Shown here one piece after another: positions 25,324 through 35,742 of a DNA stretch of 64,000 nucleotides. The stretch comes from Cladosporium halotolerans (taxonomy: Eukaryota). Position numbers and translations under genes: made by a program. Numbering within the stretch: position 1 is the first letter of the stretch; each line of letters starts with the position of its first letter. The notes under the pieces are model-generated. The model was not told the origin of the DNA and did not search any database. It saw only the letters and a list, made by a program, of their open reading frames with translations. The DNA lies in assembly GCF_011745625.1 (NCBI RefSeq), contig NW_027191471.1, forward strand, positions 1-64,000, written 5' to 3'.

Positions 25324-26598
25324 ATGTCTACAACTACTCCTGAAGGCGCTGCCGTCGGCCGCATTGACTCGCCCGTCAACGGCCTCTACTCCATCCCACA
25401 CATTCCCCACTGTTACGACAACGCGGACCCCGACAATTCCGCTCTCAGGCTCGTGCAAGCTTACGCCCCGGAGTGGAAAGACAGCAACGGCAAGATCAAG
25501 TTCAAGCGCTTCACAGAGGGCATCACAAACACGCTCACCAAGGCCACCATCGAGTTTCCAGGCAACACCGCCTCCGAGGTGGACCGAAATGCCATACTTC
25601 TAAGAGCATACGGCAAGGGCACGGATGTCTTGATTGACAGGCAGCGTGAGCTCAATGCCCACACGCTGTTGGCCAGCCGTGGTCTGGCTCCACCTCTCCT
25701 CGCGCGGTTTGAGAACGGCTTGATGTACAAGTATGTTGAAGGAGATGTGTGCTCGCCCGAAGATCTGAGGAAGCCCGAGGTATACAAGCAGGTCGCCCAG
25801 CGTCTGGGACAGTGGCACGGTGGCTTGCCAATCTCTGCCATCAGCGCCTTGCCTCGCCTCAACGGCAAGACGCCCGGTCAGAAGAGCTCGCAGGCAACCG
25901 AGCAGCAGCCGCAGCCCACACCAAACACCTGGACTGTGGTGACCCAATGGATCGACGCACTCCCGGCGAACACCCCAGAACTAGCGAAGAGACGAGATGA
26001 CCTCCGCGCCGAATTTACAACCATCGTCGAGAAGTTCTCTGACGTCCCAGGCCTCTTCGGCAAATCATACGTCTTCTCGCACTGCGACCTCCTCTCCGGC
26101 AATGTCATCGTGCAACGTCCCTGCGGCTCTCCCAAGGACTCCACTTCGCATCCTGTTGCGTTCATTGACTACGAGTACACGACGCCCTCGCCTGCCGCCT
26201 TCGACATTGCAAACCACTTCGCCGAATGGGCCGGCTTCGACTGCGACCACGCCAGCGTGCCGACCAAATCGCAGCGTCGCGAATTCCTGCGCGCCTACGT
26301 CGCCAGCTTCTACGAAAACTGCATCTCGGACGACGAGTCTATGGCAATGGAGATCGACCTGCGTGCGGCTATTGATCAGCTCTACGAGCAGGTCGAGGCT
26401 TTTCGCGGCTTGCCTGGCTTCTACTGGGGCGTTTGGGCACTGATTCAAGCGACCATTTCCCAGATCGACTTCGATTATGCGTCGTACGCGGAGATTCGCC
26501 TTGGCGAGTACTGGGCTTGGAAGGCGGAAGCCGATGGCTCGAGAGCGAAAGAGGGCAAGGAGATGCCGGTACGTGAGAGAAGATGGGCGGAAGAGTGA
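25324..26598 (+). CDS. Ethanolamine/choline kinase
   Basis: RFTEGITN, LLRAYGKGTDVLIDR, Brenner motif SHCDLLSGN, FIDYEY, FDIANHFAEW, FYWGVWALIQ. Confidence 0.95.
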   Translation: MSTTTPEGAAVGRIDSPVNGLYSIPHIPHCYDNADPDNSALRLVQAYAPEWKDSNGKIKFKRFTEGITNTLTKATIEFPGNTASEVDRNAILLRAYGKGTDVLIDRQRELNAHTLLASRGLAPPLLARFENGLMYKYVEGDVCSPEDLRKPEVYKQVAQRLGQWHGGLPISAISALPRLNGKTPGQKSSQATEQQPQPTPNTWTVVTQWIDALPANTPELAKRRDDLRAEFTTIVEKFSDVPGLFGKSYVFSHCDLLSGNVIVQRPCGSPKDSTSHPVAFIDYEYTTPSPAAFDIANHFAEWAGFDCDHASVPTKSQRREFLRAYVASFYENCISDDESMAMEIDLRAAIDQLYEQVEAFRGLPGFYWGVWALIQATISQIDFDYASYAEIRLGEYWAWKAEADGSRAKEGKEMPVRERRWAEE

Positions 26599-27589
26599 GG
26601 CTTTGCTTTTCCTGGGGTGTGAATGAGCTTTGCAAAGGCTGGATGGAAGGGATGCGAGCGCATGCTGGGTGCAATGATAACCAGCGCGTACACTACGCAG
26701 TGGCCGGGCATGGGGAACGAAGCCGATGCCCGCCCCGACGAAGCTCGGAGCTCTCGTGCCTTGAGCATGGAAGAGCAAGCACATATCAAGACGAAGAGGA
26801 GGGGATTATAAATCGGTGGGCTGGTATGATTTGAGAGGAATACAAGACAAGACAGGGTCCGCTCATTTCCTTGGACACGCACGGAGGGTTGCTTGATTTA
26901 TCTGTCAGTAGGGACGCTCTACTGAGTTCTCCCGTCCCGGTTCGGACGCCTGTTCACCACAAGGCGCCGCAAGGGCAACCGAACGAAAAGTATGTTTTTA
27001 TTTCTTCATTATCTGTTCAAAAAGAGGTGGGTTGCAGCTGGATCTTGTACATAGACATGCAAGCCTTTTATACAAAATGAAGGAAAAATCATTCATCATG
27101 CGTCATTTCTCCTCGGTTTTGTGCAAACTCGTGTCCGTCTCCATTATAAACACAATGCTGGCGTCGGTCAGTAGGCAAACCCCATCAACATTGTTTCCAT
27201 AGACGATTGAGGGCCGCAGCATCTTTCTGAAGTACCAGTAGCAGCAGCACGCGGTAAAGCAAGGTATCAATAACCAACGGGAACGTACACACAAAACTCA
27301 ATTGTCGTAACCAAAAGCGCCGCGGGCTGAGCCGAAGAGGCAGAGCCAGAGCATTCCAACTCCCTGCCCCAGACATCTGGTGCGCCGTCAAACGCCAGCG
27401 CTGTGTGAAACCCTTTCCTTCCCGTATGTCCTGTGTGCTGTGTGCGGCTTCCTTGGGCCCAACTTTTTCCCTCCAGCCAGCCGTCATCTCCAACTGTCTG
27501 CGAGCTCAAGCAGTATCGGAACTGCAGCTCCTCTCATCCGAACTCCTCTCACAAACAATCCACCCTAGCTCCTTCCTACTACTGCCCCC

Positions 27590-28095
27590 TCACCACCCCG
27601 CCCCTCTCTCCCTCCCATACGCCTCCCTCCTCCCCCTAACAACCTCCTGCTGCCCGTCCTGAATGCGCCTGTACTCCTGCTGCCACATTCCCACCCACGT
27701 CCCAAGATCCTCCAGCACGCCCTCCGGCCCTCTCGTCCACATCCAAACGCCCAGCAGCCCCAGCGCGCTCCAGAAGACGACGCGGAAGGCGAGCCGGATC
27801 CAGAAGAGGACGGTGTTGAGCAGCATGTTGAGGAGTTTGAGGGAGAGGATGAGGATGAGGAGCAGCAGGGCGAGGGTGGCGAGGTCGGGTTTCTGCGTGA
27901 GGGCGTTGGTGAGGGTTGTTGTGTAGGTTCTGAGGAGGGGGAGGTAGGAGGTTGTTGTCGAGAGGACGGGGGAGAGGTAGGGGCGGAGAGGGGAGGTGGG
28001 GGAGAAGAGGTAGCTGGACCAGTCTGTGGGAGAGGTGTTAGAGCGGGACTTGAAAGTGAAGGAGGTACAGGAGGCTTGCCTTGGATTAAGTCCAT
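27590..28095 (-). CDS. APQ12: Apq12-like nuclear envelope two-TM protein
   Basis: Exons 28095-28080, 28023-27590 via a GC-AG intron; MDLIQ^DWSSY...KPDLATLALLLLILILSLKLLNMLLNTVLFWIRLAFRVVFW...RGPEG. Confidence 0.75.
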
Positions 28096-28691
28096 CGTGG
28101 GCAGCTCGTGTGATGTGGTGTGTTTTGGTGAATGGTGCGCTGGGCGACGGCTGTGCGCGCGTAGACGTAGTCTGGGTGTGAATTTCCTTTAGACAGGATG
28201 GACAAAAAGTTTGTATTTATCTGCACAGCGGGGACGAGTGATGTTTTGGTGAGACAGGAGGGTTTTGGAGTGGGCGGTCAAGGTCGCGGGATGTGTTGTT
28301 GCATGCGCCGGGCGTCCCAAACAGAGTGCTGGACCCTGGTTCCTCCACATCTTATCGATAAGGCTGCCCGCTTGTGCCTGACGTCCCGCTTCGACAAGTG
28401 TGAGTGGCAGTGAATAATCGCGCGACGCCCATCGCCTTCCCACTGTGACTCGATTGGGCGGTGTCAACTAGAGGAACTCGGTCTTTTACGGGCAGTCACG
28501 ATCTTGCTGTGAAAGGCTGAGTATAAAGGGAGCCCCGGGAACTTGGCCTTCATTTTCCGCAGCACGCTCTTCAAGCGCATACCTTCCGCCACAGGCTTGC
28601 TGCAAGGGCTCCATCAAAAGACTCAAATTCTAAGCCCGATCGACTCAAATTGTAAACTCGACAAACTCGTTAACGCGCCACTTCGGCAACG

Positions 28692-31151
28692 ATGGCTTAC
28701 CAAAACGAGGCGCCCTACCGGGCTCAAGACCGCCATGAGGTTTCTGAGATGCTTCGCGGTCTGGAAGCCAGCCAGGGTAGAGGAAAAGACAAAGGCAAGA
28801 CAGGCTTCTCGGCCAAGAAAAACACCTACTCCGTCCAAGGATCGAATATCCAAGTCGACTCGTGGCGCATGCAGGACTGGGACTACAAGAAGCCTCACCT
28901 TCCCACCTACGCTCGAGGACTCTTCACTGCCAAGAACCGCGATGGTCAGTCGGAGATCGTCGTGAGAGGTTACGACAAGTTCTTCAACACCGACGAAGTC
29001 AACGAAACACAGTGGCGAAATGTCGAGAACAACACAAGAGGACCTTACGAGCTCAGTGTGAAGGAGAACGGATGCATTATCTTCATCTCTGGCCTTGAGG
29101 ACGGCACGCTTCTGGTGTGCAGCAAGCATTCGACCGGAGCCCGGACAGACACCGATGTCAGCCATGCGATGGCTGGTGAGAAGTGGGTTGAGAGACACCT
29201 CGCTACTGTTGGCAAGACGAAGCAGGACCTTGCTATGAGGCTACGCGCAATGAACGCAACGGCGGTTGCCGAGCTGTGCGATGATGACTTTGAGGAGCAT
29301 GTTCTCCAGTACACCCCGGAGCAGGCCGGCTTGTACCTGCACGGTATCAACCTCAACCTCCCAGAATTTGCGACTTATCCTCATCATCTTGTCGATCAGT
29401 TTGCCGACGAGTGGGGTATGAAGAAGACGATGTACTTGACCATGAGCAACATTGGTGAGGTTAAGACATTCCTCGATGGCGTCGCAGAGACAGGTAGCTA
29501 CGCCGGCCGTGACACCGAAGGCTTTGTCGTCCGCTGCCAGTCTAAGGCAAACACAAATGAGTGGCACGATTGGTTCTTCAAGTACAAGTTCGAGGAGCCG
29601 TACCTGATGTACCGGCAGTGGCGTGAATGCACAAAAGCCATCATCGGTGACCGTCAGCCCAAATACAAGAAGCACAAGAAGATCACCGAGGAATACGTTG
29701 ACTTTGCGCGGAGGCAGCTACATGGCCGGCCTGACCTTGCTCAAGCTTACAACGCCAACCACGGTATCATTCAAATGCGCAACGATTTCTTGAACTCTCG
29801 CGGTCTCAAGGGTTCGGATATCATCCGACAAGAGCAGGAAGGAGGTGATGTTGCAAATGAGGATGTCACGGGCGACGTTGTGCTAGTGCCTGTCGCCACA
29901 CTGGGATGCGGCAAGACCACCGTCGCCCTCGCTCTTTGCAAATTGTTCGGTTGGGGCCACATTCAGAACGACAACATTACCGTCAGGAAAGGTAAACCTG
30001 CCATGTTCGCGTCAAAATGCTCCGACTGCCTCACGGAGAGCCCGGCCATGGTGGCCGACAGAAACAACCACCAACGGCGTGAGCGCAAGCAACTCATTGA
30101 GGATGTCTCGAAGATCGTGCCCTCAGCTCGGTTTGTCGCACTACACTACGTGCACGACAGGAGCAACTATGACAACATCCGCCACGCCACGCGGAACCGC
30201 ATCTTGGCCCGCGGTGACAACCACCAGACGATCCACGCAAGCACGAAAGGCAACGAGATCATCGAAATCATGGAGGGCTTCATGCACCGCTTCGAGCCAG
30301 TCACGCCTGACACGTCACCCGATGACGGCTTTGACAAAGTCATCAACCTGAACGTCCTGGCCTCTTCTCGCGACAACCTCGAAACGGTCATCACCCAGCT
30401 CTACAACGAATACCCCAAACTCTTCCAGGGCCGCGAAATGCCATCTTCCACCGACATGGACGCCGCCATCGCCGCCGCCCTGAACGACTACACCGTCGAC
30501 ATCAAGCACACAATCAAGTCAGGCAACTCCTCCTCCAACAGCAAAAAAACCCAACCCAACGGCGCCCCGAACCCCTCCCAGCCCGCGCCGAAACCCAAAG
30601 AGCGCAAAGTCGAATACTTCGCCGTGCAGCTGCCCGCAACGCGCGTCGCCGCCGTCCTCGACGCCGTCTTCCGCGACGCAGACCCCGCGCAAGCCCAGCT
30701 GTACAACTCCCTCAAAGCCTCCGGCCGCCTGCAGCGCGAGTCCCACGTGACGCTCATCCACCGCGCCAGCGCCGCGCAGCACCCGGGCATCTGGGCGCAG
30801 CTGACGGACCTGCACGCACAAACCTCCGCGCCGACGCCCGAGCGCGCCTACGCGCTGCCGGACGCGAAGCTGGGGGTTGCGAGCGTGCGGCTCGAGAGGC
30901 TGGTTTGGGACGCGAGGATCATGGCGTTTGTGGTGCGGGTTGCGGGGAGCGAGGGCGAGAGCTGGCCTTGTGCGAACCGCACGGCGCACGTGACGGTTGG
31001 CACGAGTTCGCCGGCCGTGAAGCCGAAGGAGTCGAATGATTTGCTGGAGAGGTGGTTGAGGGAGGGGAGCGGGGAGAATGGGATTATGGAGGTGCCGGTT
31101 AAGGGGAGCGTGGAGCTTGAGGGGGTTGTGAGGGGGGTTTTGTCGAGGTGA
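28692..31151 (+). CDS. TRL1: Fungal trifunctional tRNA ligase (ligase-kinase-CPD)
   Basis: RGYDKFFN, motif I KENG, SKHS, EGFVVRC, FFKYKFEEPYLMYRQWRE, kinase P-loop GCGKTT, two CPD HxT motifs (SHVTL, AHVTV). Confidence 0.97.
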   Translation: MAYQNEAPYRAQDRHEVSEMLRGLEASQGRGKDKGKTGFSAKKNTYSVQGSNIQVDSWRMQDWDYKKPHLPTYARGLFTAKNRDGQSEIVVRGYDKFFNTDEVNETQWRNVENNTRGPYELSVKENGCIIFISGLEDGTLLVCSKHSTGARTDTDVSHAMAGEKWVERHLATVGKTKQDLAMRLRAMNATAVAELCDDDFEEHVLQYTPEQAGLYLHGINLNLPEFATYPHHLVDQFADEWGMKKTMYLTMSNIGEVKTFLDGVAETGSYAGRDTEGFVVRCQSKANTNEWHDWFFKYKFEEPYLMYRQWRECTKAIIGDRQPKYKKHKKITEEYVDFARRQLHGRPDLAQAYNANHGIIQMRNDFLNSRGLKGSDIIRQEQEGGDVANEDVTGDVVLVPVATLGCGKTTVALALCKLFGWGHIQNDNITVRKGKPAMFASKCSDCLTESPAMVADRNNHQRRERKQLIEDVSKIVPSARFVALHYVHDRSNYDNIRHATRNRILARGDNHQTIHASTKGNEIIEIMEGFMHRFEPVTPDTSPDDGFDKVINLNVLASSRDNLETVITQLYNEYPKLFQGREMPSSTDMDAAIAAALNDYTVDIKHTIKSGNSSSNSKKTQPNGAPNPSQPAPKPKERKVEYFAVQLPATRVAAVLDAVFRDADPAQAQLYNSLKASGRLQRESHVTLIHRASAAQHPGIWAQLTDLHAQTSAPTPERAYALPDAKLGVASVRLERLVWDARIMAFVVRVAGSEGESWPCANRTAHVTVGTSSPAVKPKESNDLLERWLREGSGENGIMEVPVKGSVELEGVVRGVLSR

Positions 31152-32137
31152 GGACGTATTGTTTGGGATATGGCGGATGAGGTAGTGGATGAGAGAATGA
31201 GAAATCACGATATCGACGTACGTTGTCTTGCGCCTTGTGCCGATGCTCTTCTTGGTATGAGTGCTGCAGGGTTGATGACAGTCGCTTGTTTGTCGCTACC
31301 TTCGACTGCAGCTCGCAGAGAATGAAACGAGTGACCGAATTGATATAGAGGGCTCTTGGGACCTGGTCTGCACAATGATTCGCGGTATGTTGTGACCTTG
31401 AAGGAGGTCTGGGCAAAAGTCCAACAAGAACGGGTAGTGTTCATCGTGAGCTCATGTCAAATTCAGACTTCATGCGAAACATCTTCGTCGACGAGGCTGG
31501 TGGACACGGTGAGGCGCTGTTGGTGGCCCAGAATAGAATATAGTCGCTCTGCAATCTCCGACTGATCGAAAAATCCTCTTCGTGGCAAGAAACGCGCTCG
31601 AGAGAGAAGTGGTTGAAGTCGTCGATGATGCTATAGGGTTAGGGTTGGGGTAACAGGATGCCCTCTTGCTCGTGAGCTTGACTTCACTCTCCTGAGCTCT
31701 CCACCTCGGTTGCAGATGTACCAACGCCCCGTTTTATCTTCACGGGCTTGTCTTCCGACAACGTGCAGGCCAAGCGCCATTGTGACTTCATGAGGCTCGG
31801 CTATAACCATCCTCAAAGGTCGAAGGGTCAATGGTCCGCGGAGCAGAAGCAGCCAAATCCTTGAAGCGGCAAGCGAGCAAGCGGACGTCAATCCGCAAAA
31901 CCGGTTTCACCAGGCGGCACAGCGAGGCACTCAGCCACAGCCCTATAGTACATCCTGCCCGATGCAGCTGGACGAGTGAAGATCGCAGCGGCGGTGACAG
32001 GCCAGATCTGCTGGCAATCATCACTTGAGTTGATTGTGCACACGTCGGGCGCCACAGCTCACATGGATGCAGCAGGGATTCCCTCCTCTGCAGCGAGCAA
32101 AGCCACTTCCCGCCGCCACGTTGGCGCCTCCCAGTGG

Positions 32138-32181
32138 CTGCTCTGCGCCTGCTCCGCGCCTGCTCCGCGCCTGCTCTGCGC
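32138..32181 (+). repeat. Tandem 11-mer CTGCTCYGCGC x4
   Basis: Four consecutive units read directly; a 20-bp direct repeat with one mismatch also lies at 32225-32244 and 32269-32288. Confidence 0.85.
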
Positions 32182-32666
32182 CGTCCCTGCAGCGCGTGCC
32201 TTGGTGCCTGCGCCCTCTCGCTTAAGGCTGCCGTTGTCATGCTACCTGAGGTATCGCCCATTCGCCTGAGGCTGCCGTTGCCATGCTATCGTCCACTCGC
32301 GTCACTGGCCGCCCGCGCCCTTGACCGCATCCACGCCCGGCTCTGCAGCAGAGTCGACGCGCCTTTCCCGGGTAGCCGACAACACGCTGACCCATGTCTG
32401 CGCTCGGGCGTGGACGAGGCCGGCGATCGTCTGTCCTCTGCATAGCCGGAGCGAGAGGTAGGTCTGGAGTGGCATCGCCTATCGGCCGGGCAATGCGAAG
32501 ATTGGGATATAGTGCTGCTCCTTCGTTTCTGTTGATCCTTGCTCCTCATCACCCAAAAACCGTCTGACCTTCAGTGTTTCACTCCCTACCGCCACATCAG
32601 CTTCCTCGTCTCACCGATCTTCGGGCTGGACTCTACCTCAGGACTGGCAGCCGGGACTTGGTGGAT

Positions 32667-34028
32667 ATGACTGGCATTCGAAGCCCGCGACGGTTGGCGA
32701 CCGCCATTCTGCTCAGTTCAGCATTAGTTCACGCTCAAGAATCCACCCCGGAGCCTACGCCGACCCAGACCGCATCTACCAGCGTTGCCCAGAGTTCATC
32801 AGTTTCTGGCTCGGCATCATCCACCACCACCGATGTCCCTTTGCATCTCTGGGGTGTCGCCAACTCGCTCCTATCCGAATACTATCCCTCCACCACCATC
32901 TCAGATGTCGCATCTCTCACCTGGCCCGATACGGTTGTCATAGATTCATCAACATACGTTCAATCGGCCACAGCATCACCAGCGACCATGGAAACCACAG
33001 CATCCTCGAGCCTCGACGTCAGCCGGCCTGTAACTACGGATGATGCCAACTCAAATGATGCACAGCCCTCAGATACGCCATCAGAGTCATCAGGCCGTCC
33101 TAAAGATCGCACACTAGGAATCGCATTGGGTGTGGCATTTGGCGTGCTTGCATTCGGCTTGGTGGTCTTGGCTCTGTTCTGCATGCACCGCCGAAAGAAG
33201 CGACAAAATGGCACCGGCATTTTCCCAGGCAGAAGACGCACAGGCTCGCCGACTGACAGCGAAATCGGCGAATGGCGCAGTCGTCATCCTCATATGGGAC
33301 TAGTCACGACCGCCGTGGGACCAATGTCAGAGACCCATAACCGACCGCCTCGCGAATGGGTAGAACGCTACAACCGTCTGTCCAACCAGTACACTCCGCC
33401 GGTACATATGCACCCAGCTTTCGTCAATCACCAACACACCCCAAGCGGAGGCGCATCGTCCGAGACGAATCCATTCTTCGCTCCAATGAACAGCTCGACA
33501 GATCACGCGGATCGCTATGGCGAGAATACCGACTATCACCCAGGCTATCCAAGGAGAGAGCACAACACACCTCCCCCGGTCCCCTACACGCCATACAGCC
33601 CGCCCACAAGGCGCTCTCGAAGCTCACGCAGACAATCCTCCAGCTCCGACGGCTTCTCGCGCCCACCGACTCCTTTCTCGCCCATGATGATGATGCAAGC
33701 ATCCTCCCCACCGGCGAGGCAAAATCCATTTACCTCGGTGGAAGACGCGCAAAGCAGCGAGGACGCGGCGCAGCGTCAGCGTTTGACACATGGACACGAC
33801 GAGCGCGACGACGTCGTCAGCCCGATCATCTCTCCCACCAGAAGTCCCGCGCGACGCAGCAACCCGCTCGTGCATTACCCCAGCTGGTCAGAAGTGAGCG
33901 AGTTTGACTTCTCCGGTGAGTCGAGTTCGGCGGCGGAAAGAAGTGCGCGAATGATGAAAAACAGTAGGAGTTCAGACGGTTTCGGGCGGGATAGAGAGAG
34001 CGTTGTGGGGAGGTCGGAGTTGCCTTGA
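32667..34028 (+). CDS. Type I single-pass membrane protein (signal peptide, Ser/Thr-rich ectodomain, Pro/Ser-rich tail; Mid2/Skg6-like architecture)
   Basis: MTGIRSPRRLATAILLSSALVHA^QES; S/T tract; TM LGIALGVAFGVLAFGLVVLALFCM followed by HRRKKR; tail motif VHYPSWSEVSEFDF. Confidence 0.85.
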   Translation: MTGIRSPRRLATAILLSSALVHAQESTPEPTPTQTASTSVAQSSSVSGSASSTTTDVPLHLWGVANSLLSEYYPSTTISDVASLTWPDTVVIDSSTYVQSATASPATMETTASSSLDVSRPVTTDDANSNDAQPSDTPSESSGRPKDRTLGIALGVAFGVLAFGLVVLALFCMHRRKKRQNGTGIFPGRRRTGSPTDSEIGEWRSRHPHMGLVTTAVGPMSETHNRPPREWVERYNRLSNQYTPPVHMHPAFVNHQHTPSGGASSETNPFFAPMNSSTDHADRYGENTDYHPGYPRREHNTPPPVPYTPYSPPTRRSRSSRRQSSSSDGFSRPPTPFSPMMMMQASSPPARQNPFTSVEDAQSSEDAAQRQRLTHGHDERDDVVSPIISPTRSPARRSNPLVHYPSWSEVSEFDFSGESSSAAERSARMMKNSRSSDGFGRDRESVVGRSELP

Positions 34029-34728
34029 TGCTCGTCTTCTGTTGATGGACTGTACATTTCTGATTACGAGGTCTCTTGCGCTGGCGTGAGAGTACATTCC
34101 TCTCTGGGATGGGTTCATGATACACGAATGATGCGATGGATTTACGGGTGTACGTATTGTATCAAAGACAATTCACGATGATCTTATCCAACTCACTTGC
34201 CTGATACCTACATCATCTCTCAACGAATCTGCGACAGCACGGATGCATAAGACTCAGTTTGCGCTGTCATCCCGTCAGAAGTGTGAGCGCGACACAAGTG
34301 TCCTCACGAATTCCAGACTTCACATACGCAAACTTTAAAACAGTACAGCCAAGATTCACAAGTTTGGCCCGATATGTCCTCACACGATCACGGACGCAAC
34401 CTAACAATGGCTTCCGCTTATGCATATCATCAGCGGCGAGCGCATCTAGTCCCAATTGGTCGCCTTCTTCCGGTCGCGGTATACGGGCATTGGCCACTAC
34501 TTCACATGGTCATACCAAATGCAAAACCTTATAGCAAACCGACACCCTCACAAGGCCAGCTCACTTACCACCATATCCTTCAAATATCCCGCCGCCTCTA
34601 CGCACCATGCCCTCTCCAACACCAAAAAAACAAGGCACAAGACGCACACAAACCCCTCGACCAAAAAGCCACCAAGGCCAAACCAAACCAAACATACGTT
34701 CAACCACATCCACCCCTCCGAAACAACC

Positions 34729-35391
34729 ATGCTCGCCCGCCGCCTCTTCGGCTTCCACGCCCAATCGCCCTACAACTCGGGCGCCGCCGCGCAAACCAAC
34801 CCCGACACCACAACCACCACGAAAACCACCAAACCAACAACCCCACCCCGCAGCCTTCCCATCCCAATCCCCATCCCGCGCCGCCCCATCTCCTCCACCA
34901 ACCCAAACCTCCCGCCCGCCCACCCACCAGCCAAGTCTCGCGCCCTGCCAGCAAAACTCTCCCAAACCACAATCTCCATCACCATCAAAACCGCCCCAAG
35001 CACTCCACCAAAACTCCGCATCCCCGTCGTAGCGCAAGACAGCGGAAGCGGACGCTGGATGCTCGGGCGACGCGCGGTGGAGCGCTGGGGCCGGAACCGG
35101 AGCGCGGCGGCGGCGAGTCTGGGAGCTGCTGAGGCGGAGCACAGGAGGCTTTGGGGGGTGCTGATGAGGGAGATTGAGGAGAGGCAGGGATGGGTTGAGA
35201 AGAGGGAGTTGGGGAGGTGGGGAGCTAGGGTAGAGAGTGGGGTGAGAGAGGAGGAGGAGGAGGAGGAGGAGGAGGAGGGGAGGGAGCAGGTGGTGGTGGG
35301 GGTGGGGGAGGAGTGTTGTTCGGAGAGGGAGGTGAGGGTGGGGGCTGCTTGTTGGAGGTGTCAGGAGTGGTTTCCTGAGGGGGTTTGGTGA
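34729..35391 (+). CDS. Hypothetical 220-aa protein (Pro/Thr-rich N-half, poly-Glu, C-terminal CC..CxxC)
   Basis: ATG in caaccATG context; open to TGA 35389-35391; ends CCSEREVRVGAACWRCQEWFPEGVW. Low complexity weakens support. Confidence 0.5.
   Translation: MLARRLFGFHAQSPYNSGAAAQTNPDTTTTTKTTKPTTPPRSLPIPIPIPRRPISSTNPNLPPAHPPAKSRALPAKLSQTTISITIKTAPSTPPKLRIPVVAQDSGSGRWMLGRRAVERWGRNRSAAAASLGAAEAEHRRLWGVLMREIEERQGWVEKRELGRWGARVESGVREEEEEEEEEEGREQVVVGVGEECCSEREVRVGAACWRCQEWFPEGVW
35248..35277 (+). repeat. (GAG)10 microsatellite encoding poly-Glu
   Basis: Ten perfect GAG units. Confidence 0.95.
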
Positions 35392-35742
35392 GGTTTGGGT
35401 TGGATTGGGTGATGTTGGTTAAGGCGAAGTGGGGAAGGCAGAGATGTTGGGATATCTTACCTCGAGGGAAGATAGGAGGCGACAGGCAGAATCGATAAAT
35501 CGGACGGAGTTAGATTGTTTGATCCAGTGCAGATATAGATGCTGTATGGTTTGTCAAATTCTTTGTTCTTTCTCATTCGAAGCCGTAATCTCGTCTGCTC
35601 GTGGGCCTTATCATGCTCTTATGTATGTTCGTCTCCGCGTCTCGATTTTGCCCCGTAACGCCTTCGCTATGCTCCTGCTCTTCCTTTTATCAAATCGTCT
35701 CGAATGCAAACCACCCAAGATTTTCCTCTTCATCCTCATGTA

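Noticed and set aside
27565..28095. Unspliced 176-aa Pro/Ser-rich ORF
   Set aside because: Off-frame read of the APQ12-like gene; the spliced frame gives a coherent two-TM protein.
31634..31651. Telomere-like TAGGGTTAGGGTTGGGGT, considered as an interstitial telomere or telomerase RNA template
   Set aside because: Only about two units. On the template strand under 500 nt remain before TRL1, too little for the long filamentous-ascomycete telomerase RNAs, and I recognised no pseudoknot.
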